Shown here one piece after another: positions 48,775-58,050 of a stretch of DNA of 64,000 bases. Source of the stretch: Myxococcota bacterium. GTDB taxonomy: Bacteria; Myxococcota_A; UBA9160; UBA4427. Below the pieces are notes generated by a model, which saw nothing but the letters and a program-made list of their open reading frames with translations, searched no databases and was not told the DNA's origin. The position numbers and the translations under genes are program-made. Position 1 is the stretch's first letter; each line of letters opens with the position of its first letter. The stretch covers positions 3,040,001 to 3,104,000 of the forward strand of contig OZ252299.1 in the NCBI GenBank assembly GCA_965250285.1. Direction: 5' to 3'.

Positions 48775-49632
48775 TCAGGCCCCGCCCGCGTTGCGGCCGG
48801 AACGCGGGTTTCGAGGCGAGAAGAAGAGCCCGGCTGCGTTCTCGTAGAGGTACTTCTCGAGCACGCCTTCACGCAGGTCGAGCTTCTTGGCTTCGTCGAT
48901 CACCCGCCGCATGTCGAGCACCGGGTGATCGGACGCGTACATGACCTTGTGCTTGCCCCGGGTGTTCATGAAGTGGACGAACTCGTCGGGGAAGTACTTC
49001 GGCAGGTACGCCGACGTCATCATGTAGAGGTTCTGGTACTTGATCATCAGGCGGGTGGCCTCGCCCCACCACGGATCGGCGCCGTGCGCCATGCACACCT
49101 TGAGCTTCGGAAAGTCGAGGCACACGCGGTCGAGGTGCATCGGATGCTGGCACTCGCCCGGCATCGGCGGCCCGGGGATGCCGGTGTTGATCGAGATCGG
49201 CAGGTCGAGGTCGCAGCACTTCGCGTAGAGCGGGTAGTAGCTGCGGTGATTGGGAGCGAGGTCGTGCAGGAAGGGCACGACCCGAGCCATCACGACCGGC
49301 GCCCGCGCCGCGAGATCTTCGAGCGCCCACGCGGCCTTCATGTGCTTCGTCGGGTCGCAGTTTGCGGCGAGTGCGAAGCGACCCGGCTCGGCTTCACAGA
49401 AGGCGAGCACCTCTTCGACGGGATGGAAGACGTCGGTCGACAGCACGGCCTTTTCGACGCCCGCCTCGTCCATCTGCGTGAGCAGCTCTTCGATCGAGAG
49501 CTTCTTGAAGAACGAGTCGTCGCCCTTGAAGTAGTCCTCCTTGACGCGCTCGAGGTACTTCGGTGCGGGTCGCCCGCCGAGCATGTCGACGTTCACCCAG
49601 GGGTCGATCGCCTTGATCGGGCCGCCGCTCAT
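48775..49632 (-). CDS. Amidohydrolase_2 family protein
   Basis: YYPLYAKCCDL, NTGIPGP, MAHGADPW, YASDHP; GGAGG RBS. Confidence 0.88.
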   Translation of the reverse strand: MSGGPIKAIDPWVNVDMLGGRPAPKYLERVKEDYFKGDDSFFKKLSIEELLTQMDEAGVEKAVLSTDVFHPVEEVLAFCEAEPGRFALAANCDPTKHMKAAWALEDLAARAPVVMARVVPFLHDLAPNHRSYYPLYAKCCDLDLPISINTGIPGPPMPGECQHPMHLDRVCLDFPKLKVCMAHGADPWWGEATRLMIKYQNLYMMTSAYLPKYFPDEFVHFMNTRGKHKVMYASDHPVLDMRRVIDEAKKLDLREGVLEKYLYENAAGLFFSPRNPRSGRNAGGA

Positions 49633-49779
49633 CCCACCTCCATCGCGATGCGCCGCCGAAGCGCCCGGGCGACGCGCCAGGGGCCTGTGTGGGCCGGCGA
49701 GCGTAGCAGGACGCTTGTCCTGCGAGGCGCTCGAGACGTATCCTCGGGGCTCGGGCACGATCGCCCGGGGAGACCCCAC

Positions 49780-50331
49780 ATGCCTTTTCATCATCTCGCC
49801 GTGGCGGCCCGCGACATGCGGGCGATCGACGTCTTCTACACCGAAGCCACCGGCTTCGACCTCGTCAAGGTCGAGCTCGGCCAGACGCCGACCGGCGGCT
49901 GGGCCAAGCACTTCTTCTACGAAACCGGTGAAGACGAGATGATGGCCTTCTGGGAGCTACACGACGAGACGATCCCCGACACGTTCCCCACGGCGCTGTC
50001 GAAGGGGGTCGGCCTGCCTGAGTGGGTCAATCACATCGCGTTCAAGGCGAGCGACGCCGCCGACATGGAGAAGCGCAAGCAGCGCTGGCTCGAGCACGGG
50101 TACGACGTGCTCGAGATCGATCATCGCTGGTGCTACTCGATCTACACGACCGACCCGAACGGCACGCTCGTCGAGTTCTGTCGCACCACGCAATCCTTCG
50201 ACGAAGACGACCGTGCCAAGGCCCGCGCGGCCCTCGAACGCGACGACCTCGAGTTCGAAGACGTGAAGCCGAAGGTCTCGTTCCACCAGGCGGGCAAGCC
50301 TCCGGCTCACCTCGCCGCTGAACAGAGCTGA
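49780..50331 (+). CDS. VOC/glyoxalase family protein
   Basis: FHHLAV, NHIAF, SIYTTDPNGTLVEF. Confidence 0.88.
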   Translation: MPFHHLAVAARDMRAIDVFYTEATGFDLVKVELGQTPTGGWAKHFFYETGEDEMMAFWELHDETIPDTFPTALSKGVGLPEWVNHIAFKASDAADMEKRKQRWLEHGYDVLEIDHRWCYSIYTTDPNGTLVEFCRTTQSFDEDDRAKARAALERDDLEFEDVKPKVSFHQAGKPPAHLAAEQS

Positions 50332-50351
50332 AGAGAGCTGACGAGATCCCC

Positions 50352-51182
50352 ATGAAGATCGGCCTGTACGGCATCAACATCGGCCCCTGCTCCGAGCCCG
50401 AGATCCTCGCCGAGGCGGCGACCCGCGCCGAGCAGGCCGGCCTCGATTCGGTCTGGACCGCCGAGCACGTGGTCTTGCCCGACCCCCAGGCGCCGCCATC
50501 GCCGAGCCCGCCGCACATGAAGCTGCTCGACCCCGCCGTGGCCCTGGGCTTCGCCGCTGCGCACACCGAGCGCATCCTGCTCGCCACGGGCATCGTGATC
50601 CTGCCGCAGCGAAACCCGGTCGTCGCCGCGAAAGAGTTCGCCACCGTCGATCGGCTCTCGAAGGGGCGCCTCGTCTTCGGCGTGGCCGCCGGCTATCTCC
50701 ACCAGGAATTCGAGGCCCTGGGCGTACCCTTCGGAGATCGAGGTCGACGCACCGACGACTACATCGAAGCCATCCGCGTACTCTGGAAGGATGAGCAGCC
50801 CGAGTACGACGGGCCGTTCGTTCGCTTCGGCCAGATCCAGCAGCAACCACAGCCCGTGCAGACGCCGCACCCACCGATCGTCATCGGCGGCATGAGCGAT
50901 GCAGCCCTCGATCGCGCGGCGAGACTCGGGGATGGCTGGTACGGCTTCGCCCTCGACGTCGACGCCACCCGCTCATGCCTCGAGAAGCTGCGCGCGAACC
51001 CCGCCCTGGGCTCGCGCCCGGGCTTCGAGACCAGCCTCTCGCCGCTCGGGCTACCCGACGCCGACACCGCCAAGCGCTACGCCGAACTCGGCCTCGACCG
51101 ACTGGTCGTCACGCCGTTCGCGCGCACGGCAGACGATCTGTGGCGGGCCATCGACCACGCCGCCCAGCTCGTCTCGAGCTGA
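50352..51182 (+). CDS. LLM-class F420-dependent oxidoreductase
   Basis: SVWTAEHVVLP, AKEFATVDRLSKGR, PQPVQ, GDGW. Confidence 0.88.
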   Translation: MKIGLYGINIGPCSEPEILAEAATRAEQAGLDSVWTAEHVVLPDPQAPPSPSPPHMKLLDPAVALGFAAAHTERILLATGIVILPQRNPVVAAKEFATVDRLSKGRLVFGVAAGYLHQEFEALGVPFGDRGRRTDDYIEAIRVLWKDEQPEYDGPFVRFGQIQQQPQPVQTPHPPIVIGGMSDAALDRAARLGDGWYGFALDVDATRSCLEKLRANPALGSRPGFETSLSPLGLPDADTAKRYAELGLDRLVVTPFARTADDLWRAIDHAAQLVSS

Positions 51183-51191
51183 GCCCGGGCG

Positions 51192-52367
51192 TCAGCCGCC
51201 GGCGAACTCGCGGCGCACGGCTTCGGTGTGCGCACCGAGATCGGCCGGCTCGACGAGGTGGGCGCCCGTGTCGAAGCCGGCGCCGAGTTTGATCGGGGTG
51301 CCCAGCGCCAGGTGGCCTCCGAGCTCGACGATCGTCCCCCGGGCCTTCAGGTCGGGGTCGACCGCGACTTCGGTGAAGTCGCGCAGCTGCGCCGCGGGCA
51401 CCTCGGCTGCCTCGAAGATCTCGATCCAGACCTCTGCGGGACGCGTTGCGAGGGTCGCCTCGAACTCGGCGTCGAAGGCTTCGCGATGGGTCGAGGCGAG
51501 GGGCTCGGGAAACCCGAATCGCGGATCATCGGCCCACTCGGGATGCCCCATCGCCCGGCTGAGCGCGGCGAGCTGCGCGCTGCTGCCGATGCACAGCGCG
51601 ATGCGCCCGTCGCCCTGACAGCGAAACACACCAAAGGGGTGGATCATCGGCGAGTCGTTGCCTCGCAGCCCCGGATCGGTGCCCGTCACCAGGGCCTGCG
51701 TGACCTGATCCCCCTGGAGCAGCAGCATCGCGTCTTGCATGCCGATGTCGATGTGCGCGCCCTCGCCCGTTTGCTCTCGCGCGTAGAGCGCCATCGCACA
51801 CGCACCGAAGGCGTGGACGGCGGCGTTCGCATCCGAGATCGAGGCCCCCGCCTTGGTCGGCTCGCCACCGGGATGGCCGGTCGCACGCATGAAACCCGAC
51901 GTGGCCTGCACGACGACGTCGAAGGCCGGGTGGTCGGCCCAGGCGCCGGTCTGTCCGAAGCCCGACACAGAGACGTAGACGAGGCGCGGATTGCCCGCCC
52001 GCAACACCTCGGCGTCGAGGCCGAGGCGGGCCATCACACCGGGTCGAAAGTTCTCGACGAGCACGTCGGCCCGGGCCGCGATCCGCCGCACGAGCGCGAC
52101 GTCGTCGGCGCGCTTGAGGTCGAGGACGACGCTCTCCTTGCCGCGACCGTAGAGCGACATGAGGGCCGATTGCGTCGGACCGTAGAGATCGGGCCGGCGC
52201 GCATGATCGACCCCCATCGACCGCAGCGGATCGCCGCCGGGCGGCTCGATGCGAATCACTCGTGCGCCATGATCGGCGAGATAGGTGGTGGCGAGCGGTC
52301 CCGAGATGAACTGCGTGAAGTCGAGGACGAGCAGCCCATCGAAGGGACGCGACCTCTCTGCACGCAT
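51192..52367 (-). CDS. CaiB/BaiF family III CoA-transferase
   Basis: LDFTQFISGP, ENFRPG, SGFGQTG, ISD. Confidence 0.9.
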   Translation of the reverse strand: MRAERSRPFDGLLVLDFTQFISGPLATTYLADHGARVIRIEPPGGDPLRSMGVDHARRPDLYGPTQSALMSLYGRGKESVVLDLKRADDVALVRRIAARADVLVENFRPGVMARLGLDAEVLRAGNPRLVYVSVSGFGQTGAWADHPAFDVVVQATSGFMRATGHPGGEPTKAGASISDANAAVHAFGACAMALYAREQTGEGAHIDIGMQDAMLLLQGDQVTQALVTGTDPGLRGNDSPMIHPFGVFRCQGDGRIALCIGSSAQLAALSRAMGHPEWADDPRFGFPEPLASTHREAFDAEFEATLATRPAEVWIEIFEAAEVPAAQLRDFTEVAVDPDLKARGTIVELGGHLALGTPIKLGAGFDTGAHLVEPADLGAHTEAVRREFAGG

Positions 52368-52422
52368 CGCCCAACCCCCTACGCAGCGCCCCACCGCTCC
52401 TGGAGCGGGCGGCGGGCGGGGC

Positions 52423-53493
52423 TCATGCCTCGGCGAACTCGATGTCGCCCGTCTCGCCGTCTTCCATGCGCTCGAGCACCGAGAGGTCGTCCCACACCGG
52501 GATCCCCGCATCGGCGAAGAGCGCACGGGTGCGATCGGTGACGGCGCCGACGCGGACGAGCGCGGGCATCATCAGATCCTTGAAAGAGTGGATCTGGCCG
52601 GGCGGCCGCTCCATGCGAATGCCCGCCTGACCCGCCTCGATCACGCTCTTGATGAAATCCCCCGGCTCGATGCCGACGGTCTCGAGCATCTTGACGAAGC
52701 CAGGGTCGTTCTTGCGCGGTCCGCGACCATCCACGCCGCCCGTCGCGTCGGCCATCATCTTGACGACGTCGAACGCGAACTGGGCGATGTCTTCGCGATC
52801 GTCTGCGTGCATGTCTTCGATCGTCTCGCGGGTGTAGAGATTGCCGAACGCCACGTGGCGAGACTCGTCCCGCAGCACCAGCGACGTGAGCTCACGCAGC
52901 AGCTCGCACGTCGTCTGCTTGCGCATGTTGTGGAATGCCGCGAGCGCGAGCCCTTCGACGACCATGTTCATCCCGATCGCGATCTTCACCCAGTGGTCGG
53001 CCTTGAGCGTCGTATCGATCACTTCTTTCAGCCAGGGCGAGATCGGGTAGACGATCGCAAGCTTGTCGATGTACTTCTCGTAGACCTCGACGTGGCGCGC
53101 CTCATCCATCGTCTGAGTCGCCGCATAGAGCTTGCCCTCGTAGTCGGGCACGGCGTGGGTGAGCGCCGAAGCGGTCATCAGCGCTCCCTGCTCGCCGTGG
53201 AGAAACTGCGAGAGCAGGTGCGCGCTCGAGTGCGCCATGAAAGTCTCGCGCTGGGCGGGCGAGAGCTTCTGAATGATGCCCAGCTGGTTCATGCCGTTCT
53301 GGCTCGCATCGACGAGCGGCTTCGACGGATCGATCTCGAGTGACCAGTCGAGGTGCTGCTCGGCGTCCCACTGCAGCTTCTTCGACTTGCTGTAGAGGTT
53401 CTTCAGCTTCTGACTGTCGATCTCGTAGTCGAACTGCCAGCACACCTCCATGGGCGTCTTGAGGATGTCGGCGGTTTCCCAGTTGGTGCTCAT
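52423..53493 (-). CDS. Ferritin-like diiron protein (AurF/diiron oxygenase-like)
   Basis: SQFLHGEQGAL, DEARH, VEGLA, DESRH; GGAG RBS; the upstream extension of the long ORF is antisense to polB. Confidence 0.85.
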   Translation of the reverse strand: MSTNWETADILKTPMEVCWQFDYEIDSQKLKNLYSKSKKLQWDAEQHLDWSLEIDPSKPLVDASQNGMNQLGIIQKLSPAQRETFMAHSSAHLLSQFLHGEQGALMTASALTHAVPDYEGKLYAATQTMDEARHVEVYEKYIDKLAIVYPISPWLKEVIDTTLKADHWVKIAIGMNMVVEGLALAAFHNMRKQTTCELLRELTSLVLRDESRHVAFGNLYTRETIEDMHADDREDIAQFAFDVVKMMADATGGVDGRGPRKNDPGFVKMLETVGIEPGDFIKSVIEAGQAGIRMERPPGQIHSFKDLMMPALVRVGAVTDRTRALFADAGIPVWDDLSVLERMEDGETGDIEFAEA

Positions 53494-53691
53494 CGTGGAC
53501 TCTCCTGATCTCGGCGTCTCGGATGCGCGGCGATGGGCCCGTGCGCCGGGTGCTCGGCCGCGCCGACCGAATCGACATTCTAACCCGGTTTCTCGCGCGA
53601 TTGCGGTCGCATCGCGACGCACCGCGGCGTCGGCGGCGGTGCAGCGCCTAGAATCGACGGCAACGGCGACGCGCGTCGCCCCGGAGTCCCG

Positions 53692-56055
53692 ATGCCCCGC
53701 GGCCTGATCCTCCAGCCTACCTATCGCATCAAGAGCGGCATCCCCGTCGTGCAGCTGTGGGGAAGGCTGGTCGACGGGCGCGCCTTCCTGATCGAGGACG
53801 ACCGCTTTCGGCCCTTCTTCTTCGTCGATCAGGGCGGCGCGGCCGCGATCCCGGCGACTTCGGACGCGATCGTCGAGCCCACGGCGCTGACGAGTCTGAC
53901 CGGCGAGCCCGTCGAGCGCGTGACCCTGAAGATCCCAGGCGAGGTGCCGCCGCTGCGCGATGCGCTTCGCAGCCAGGGCTACGGTGTGCACCAGGCCGAC
54001 GTGCGCTTCGCGTACCTCTATCTCATGGAGCACGACCTGCGCGCCGAGATCGAGGTCGAAGGCGAAGACCGCTCGCCGCAGGGCCCCTACGCCCACTTCG
54101 TGAATCCCGAGCTGCGTGCGACCACGCTCGCCCGCGGCGAGCCCGCGCTCTCGTGGCTCAGCCTCGACATCGAGACCACGCCCGATGCGAGTCGCGTGCT
54201 CTCGTTCGCCTACGTCACATCGAACGACGAAGAAGAAGTGCACATGGTGAGCAGCGAGCCCGTGCTCGGGGCCACGATTCACGACGACGAACCGGCGCTG
54301 CTCGCCGCGTTCGCGGCGCGCATGCGAGAAATCGACCCCGATCTGCTGCTCGGCTGGAACGTGGTCGACTTCGACCTGCGCGTCGTGTGCGAGCGCATGG
54401 ACGACCTCGAGTTCGATCTCGCCACCAAGAGTCTGGGTCGAAAGCCGGGGCGCACCGACTTCCCCACCGATGCTGCATTCACGCGTCAGGGGCGCGCCGG
54501 CGTGCCGGGTCGCATGGTGCTCGACGGCGCAGGTCTGGTGCGCGACGCACTGCGTCTGCCCGACTACCGGCTGGATACCGTCGCGCAGCACGTGCTCGAA
54601 CGCGGCAAGAAGATCGACCACGCCCGCGCGGCGACCGACAAGGCCGGCGAGATCCTCCGACTGTACTACGAAGACCCCGCAGCTTTCGTCGCCTACAACC
54701 TCGAAGATGCCCGCCTCGTGCCCGCCATCCTCGAGCGCGAGGGCCTGCTCGACCTGAACCGCGAGCGCAGCGCACTGACGGGCATGCAGCCCGATCGCGT
54801 CTCGGCGTCGATCGCTTGCTTCGACCTCGTCTACCTGCCCCAGCTGCGGCGCGTCGGTCACGTCGCGCCGAGCGTCTCGCAAGATCCACCCCGTTCGCAC
54901 ACGAAGGGCGGCGCCGTGCTCGACGCGGTGGCCGGGCTGGCTCGACACGTGGCGGTGTTCGACTTCAAGAGCCTCTACCCGAGCGTGATGCGCACCTTCC
55001 ACATCGACCCGCTGGCCCTGGCGCTCGGTCGGAGCGCACCCGACGAGAGCGTCATCGTGGCGCCCGGCGGCGCGCGCATCGTGCGCGAGACCGGCCCGCT
55101 GCCCGGCATCATCGAGCGCTTCATGTCGGGACGTGAGGCCGCGAAGGCCCGGGGCGATGCGCACGCAAGCCAGGCGATCAAGATCATGATGAACAGCATG
55201 TACGGCATCTTCGCGGCGCCGTCGTGCCGCTTCTACAGCCCCGACCTGGCCAACGCGATCACCGGCTTCGGCCAGCTCGTGCTCGGCTGGACCCGCGACG
55301 CCATCGAAGGCGAGGGCTTTCGCGTCCTCTACGGCGACACCGACTCGCTCTTCGTGCAGCTCGACGCCGAGGCCGACCCGGCGAAGCTCGAGCTAGAGGC
55401 CGACGCGCTGCGCGTTCGCGTCGCCGAGCTCGTCGATCGCCGCATCGAGGCCGAGTACGACGTGTCTTCGAAGCTCGAGCTCGAGCTGGAGAAGATCTTC
55501 GAGCGCTTCTTCCTGCCGCATGTGCGCGGCGGCGGCGCTGCGAGCAAGAAGCGCTACGCCGGTCGGCTCGTCGGCAGCGACGCCGTCGAGATTGCGGGGC
55601 TGGAGGCCGTGCGGCGCGACTGGCCGACCATCGCCGCCCGCCTGCAGCGCGGTCTCCTCGAGCGACTCTTCGCCGATCAACCCGAACAGCTGATCCCGTA
55701 CGCGCGCGAGATCGTCGACGGGCTGCGTGAGGGCGCGCTCGACGATGAGCTCGTGTACGTGAAGCGCGTGCGCAAGGGCAGCCTCGACCGCTACACGTCG
55801 AGCTCACCGCCCCACGTGCAGGCAGCGCGCAAGATCGAAGAACGTGCGGGTCGCTTCGAGGGCCCGGTCGTTCGCTACGTGATCACGCAGACCGGCCCCG
55901 AGCCGATCCTTCCCGGAGAAGCGACGCCCGCGGGCATCGATCACCGTCACTATCTCGAACGCGTCCTCCGACCGGTCGGAGACGCGATCCTCGAGGCCTT
56001 CGGCGACTCGTTCGACGACGTGCTCGGCGAGCCGCGCCAGATGGGTCTCTTCTGA
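53692..56055 (+). CDS. polB: DNA polymerase II (family B)
   Basis: Exonuclease motifs LDIET, GWNVVDFD, YNLED; polymerase motifs DFKSLYPS, KIMMNSMYG, YGDTDS; C-terminal clamp motif QMGLF. Confidence 0.95.
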   Translation: MPRGLILQPTYRIKSGIPVVQLWGRLVDGRAFLIEDDRFRPFFFVDQGGAAAIPATSDAIVEPTALTSLTGEPVERVTLKIPGEVPPLRDALRSQGYGVHQADVRFAYLYLMEHDLRAEIEVEGEDRSPQGPYAHFVNPELRATTLARGEPALSWLSLDIETTPDASRVLSFAYVTSNDEEEVHMVSSEPVLGATIHDDEPALLAAFAARMREIDPDLLLGWNVVDFDLRVVCERMDDLEFDLATKSLGRKPGRTDFPTDAAFTRQGRAGVPGRMVLDGAGLVRDALRLPDYRLDTVAQHVLERGKKIDHARAATDKAGEILRLYYEDPAAFVAYNLEDARLVPAILEREGLLDLNRERSALTGMQPDRVSASIACFDLVYLPQLRRVGHVAPSVSQDPPRSHTKGGAVLDAVAGLARHVAVFDFKSLYPSVMRTFHIDPLALALGRSAPDESVIVAPGGARIVRETGPLPGIIERFMSGREAAKARGDAHASQAIKIMMNSMYGIFAAPSCRFYSPDLANAITGFGQLVLGWTRDAIEGEGFRVLYGDTDSLFVQLDAEADPAKLELEADALRVRVAELVDRRIEAEYDVSSKLELELEKIFERFFLPHVRGGGAASKKRYAGRLVGSDAVEIAGLEAVRRDWPTIAARLQRGLLERLFADQPEQLIPYAREIVDGLREGALDDELVYVKRVRKGSLDRYTSSSPPHVQAARKIEERAGRFEGPVVRYVITQTGPEPILPGEATPAGIDHRHYLERVLRPVGDAILEAFGDSFDDVLGEPRQMGLF

Positions 56056-56150
56056 CCGGGTTGAGCGGGGCACGACCGGGCCAGTAGAGTAGCGACAGCC
56101 ACAGCAACCGACGCGGCGCGCGTCGCCGCGCATGTTAAGGGAGCCAGGCC

Positions 56151-57881
56151 ATGCTCGATCTCCTGATTCAGGGTGGGACCCTCATCGACGGCACCGGTGC
56201 CGCGCGTCGCAGCGGCGACGTCGGCATTCGCGACGGGCGCATCGTCGCGGTGGGCGACGTGCAAGAAGAGTCGGCGCAGACCATCGATGCCACGGGCCTG
56301 ATCGTCGCGCCGGGCTTCATCGATTCACACACCCACTTCGACGCACAGGTCTTCTGGGACGGTGCGGTCACACCCTCGCCCCAGCACGGTGTCACGACGA
56401 TCGTCGGCGGCAACTGCGGCTTCAGCGTCGCACCGCTGAGCGACGAGTCGGGGCCCTACTTGATGCGGATGCTGGCCCGCGTCGAGGGGATCCCGGTCGA
56501 GGCCCTCGAAGAAGGCGTGCCGTGGGACTGGCGGAGCTTTGCCGACTACCTCGGCGCACTCGAGGGAAGGCTCGCGGTCAACGCCGCGTTCATGGTCGGT
56601 CACTCGGCGATCCGCCGCGCCGTCATGGGGCCGGCCGCGATCGAACGCGAAGCCACCGACGAAGAGATCCAGCAGATGAAGGCGCTGCTCGCCGAATCGC
56701 TCGAGGCCGGCGGCCTCGGCTTCTCTTCGACGCTGGCGCCGACGCACAACGACGACGCCGGCATTCCGGTGCCTTCGCGCTGGGCGACGCACGACGAGAT
56801 CGTCGATCTCTGCCGCACGGTGCGCGACCACGAGGGCACCACGCTCGAGTTCATTCCGGGCGTCGGGGTCTTCACCGACGAGCAGGTCGACCTCATGGCC
56901 GACATGTCGCTCGCCGCGAACCGCCCGCTCAACTGGAACGTGCTCGTCGTGCAGTCTTTCACCGAGCCGGTCTGGCGTGCTCAGCTCGAAGCCAGCGACC
57001 GGGCCGCCGCCCGCGGCGCGAAGGTCATCGCGCTCACGCCGTCGCAGGTGATGGCGCTGCGCCTCAACTTCCGCAGCGGGTTCATCCTCGACACGCTGCC
57101 GGGCTGGCCCGAGGTCATCGCCCTCCCCCTCGAAGAGAAGATGAAGGTGCTGGCCGATCCGGCGAAGCGCGCCGAGCTCGACGCCCGAGCGAACAGCGAC
57201 GAAGCGGGGGTGATGCGCGCGCTCGCGGTCTGGGAGAACGCGACGGTCACCGAGACCTTCACCGAGGCCAACGCGAAGCATCAGGGTCGCAAGATCGGCG
57301 AGATCGCCGAGGAGCTCGGCAAGACGCCCTTCGACACGCTGGTCGACATCGCGCTCTCCGAAGACCTGCGCACGACATTCTCGCCCTTCATCCCGGGCGA
57401 CGACGACGCCAGCTGGAAGATGCGGTCGGAGGCCTGGCTCGACGACCGCACGATCGTCGGCGCATCGGACGCAGGTGCGCACCTCGACATGATCAACACG
57501 TTCATGTGCACGACGTCACTGCTCGGTCCGGCCGTGCGCGAGAAGGAGCTGCTCACCCTCGAGCAGGCGATTGAACAGCTGACGCGCGTGCCCGCAGCGC
57601 ACTACGGCCTGAAGGATCGCGGCGTTCTCGCCGAAGGCACGCACGCCGACGTCACGATCTTCGACCCGGATACGGTCGGCCCGCAGGAGATGCGCACCGA
57701 AGCCGACCTGCCGTCCGGCGCCGAGCGGCTCTACGCTGAAGCCACCGGCATGGCGCACGTGATCGTGGGCGGCGTCGAGATCCTCCGCGATGGCAAGCTG
57801 ACGGGCGCGACGCCCGGCCACGTCCTGCGCTCGGGTCGCGACACCGACACGGTGGAGGTGCCGGGGGGCGCGGCGGCCTAG
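56151..57881 (+). CDS. N-acyl-D-amino-acid deacylase family amidohydrolase
   Basis: APGFIDSHTH, GNCG, SDAGAH. Confidence 0.9.
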   Translation: MLDLLIQGGTLIDGTGAARRSGDVGIRDGRIVAVGDVQEESAQTIDATGLIVAPGFIDSHTHFDAQVFWDGAVTPSPQHGVTTIVGGNCGFSVAPLSDESGPYLMRMLARVEGIPVEALEEGVPWDWRSFADYLGALEGRLAVNAAFMVGHSAIRRAVMGPAAIEREATDEEIQQMKALLAESLEAGGLGFSSTLAPTHNDDAGIPVPSRWATHDEIVDLCRTVRDHEGTTLEFIPGVGVFTDEQVDLMADMSLAANRPLNWNVLVVQSFTEPVWRAQLEASDRAAARGAKVIALTPSQVMALRLNFRSGFILDTLPGWPEVIALPLEEKMKVLADPAKRAELDARANSDEAGVMRALAVWENATVTETFTEANAKHQGRKIGEIAEELGKTPFDTLVDIALSEDLRTTFSPFIPGDDDASWKMRSEAWLDDRTIVGASDAGAHLDMINTFMCTTSLLGPAVREKELLTLEQAIEQLTRVPAAHYGLKDRGVLAEGTHADVTIFDPDTVGPQEMRTEADLPSGAERLYAEATGMAHVIVGGVEILRDGKLTGATPGHVLRSGRDTDTVEVPGGAAA

Positions 57882-58050
57882 GCAACCCCTGCCCGGTCCG
57901 CCGTGCCAGTGCCAGGACCGGGGCAGGCGGGGGCACCGTGCTCAGACATTCTCGGCGCGATCGAACGATGAAGCTCGTATGCTGCGCCCGTCGCGCCTGC
58001 GAACTGCGCGCGGCACCCCCGCCTGCCCCGGCCCTGGCGCGGCGGCCTAG
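57867..58050. repeat. Long inverted-repeat element flanked by 15-bp direct repeats (MITE/REPIN-like)
   Basis: GGCGCGGCGGCCTAG at 57867-57881 and 58036-58050; inverted arms at 57898-57938 and 58011-58045. Confidence 0.65.

Noticed and set aside
52423..55164. Apparent 913-aa fusion ORF (likewise 16935..19766, 28909..31725 and 44633..46102)
   Set aside because: Only the C-terminal parts are real proteins with their own start signals; the extensions overlap other genuine genes
53692..56055. Family B polymerase as a sign of a pipolin, casposon or prophage
   Set aside because: Looks like cellular Pol II with a clamp-binding tail; no integrase, Cas1, terminal repeats or phage genes nearby
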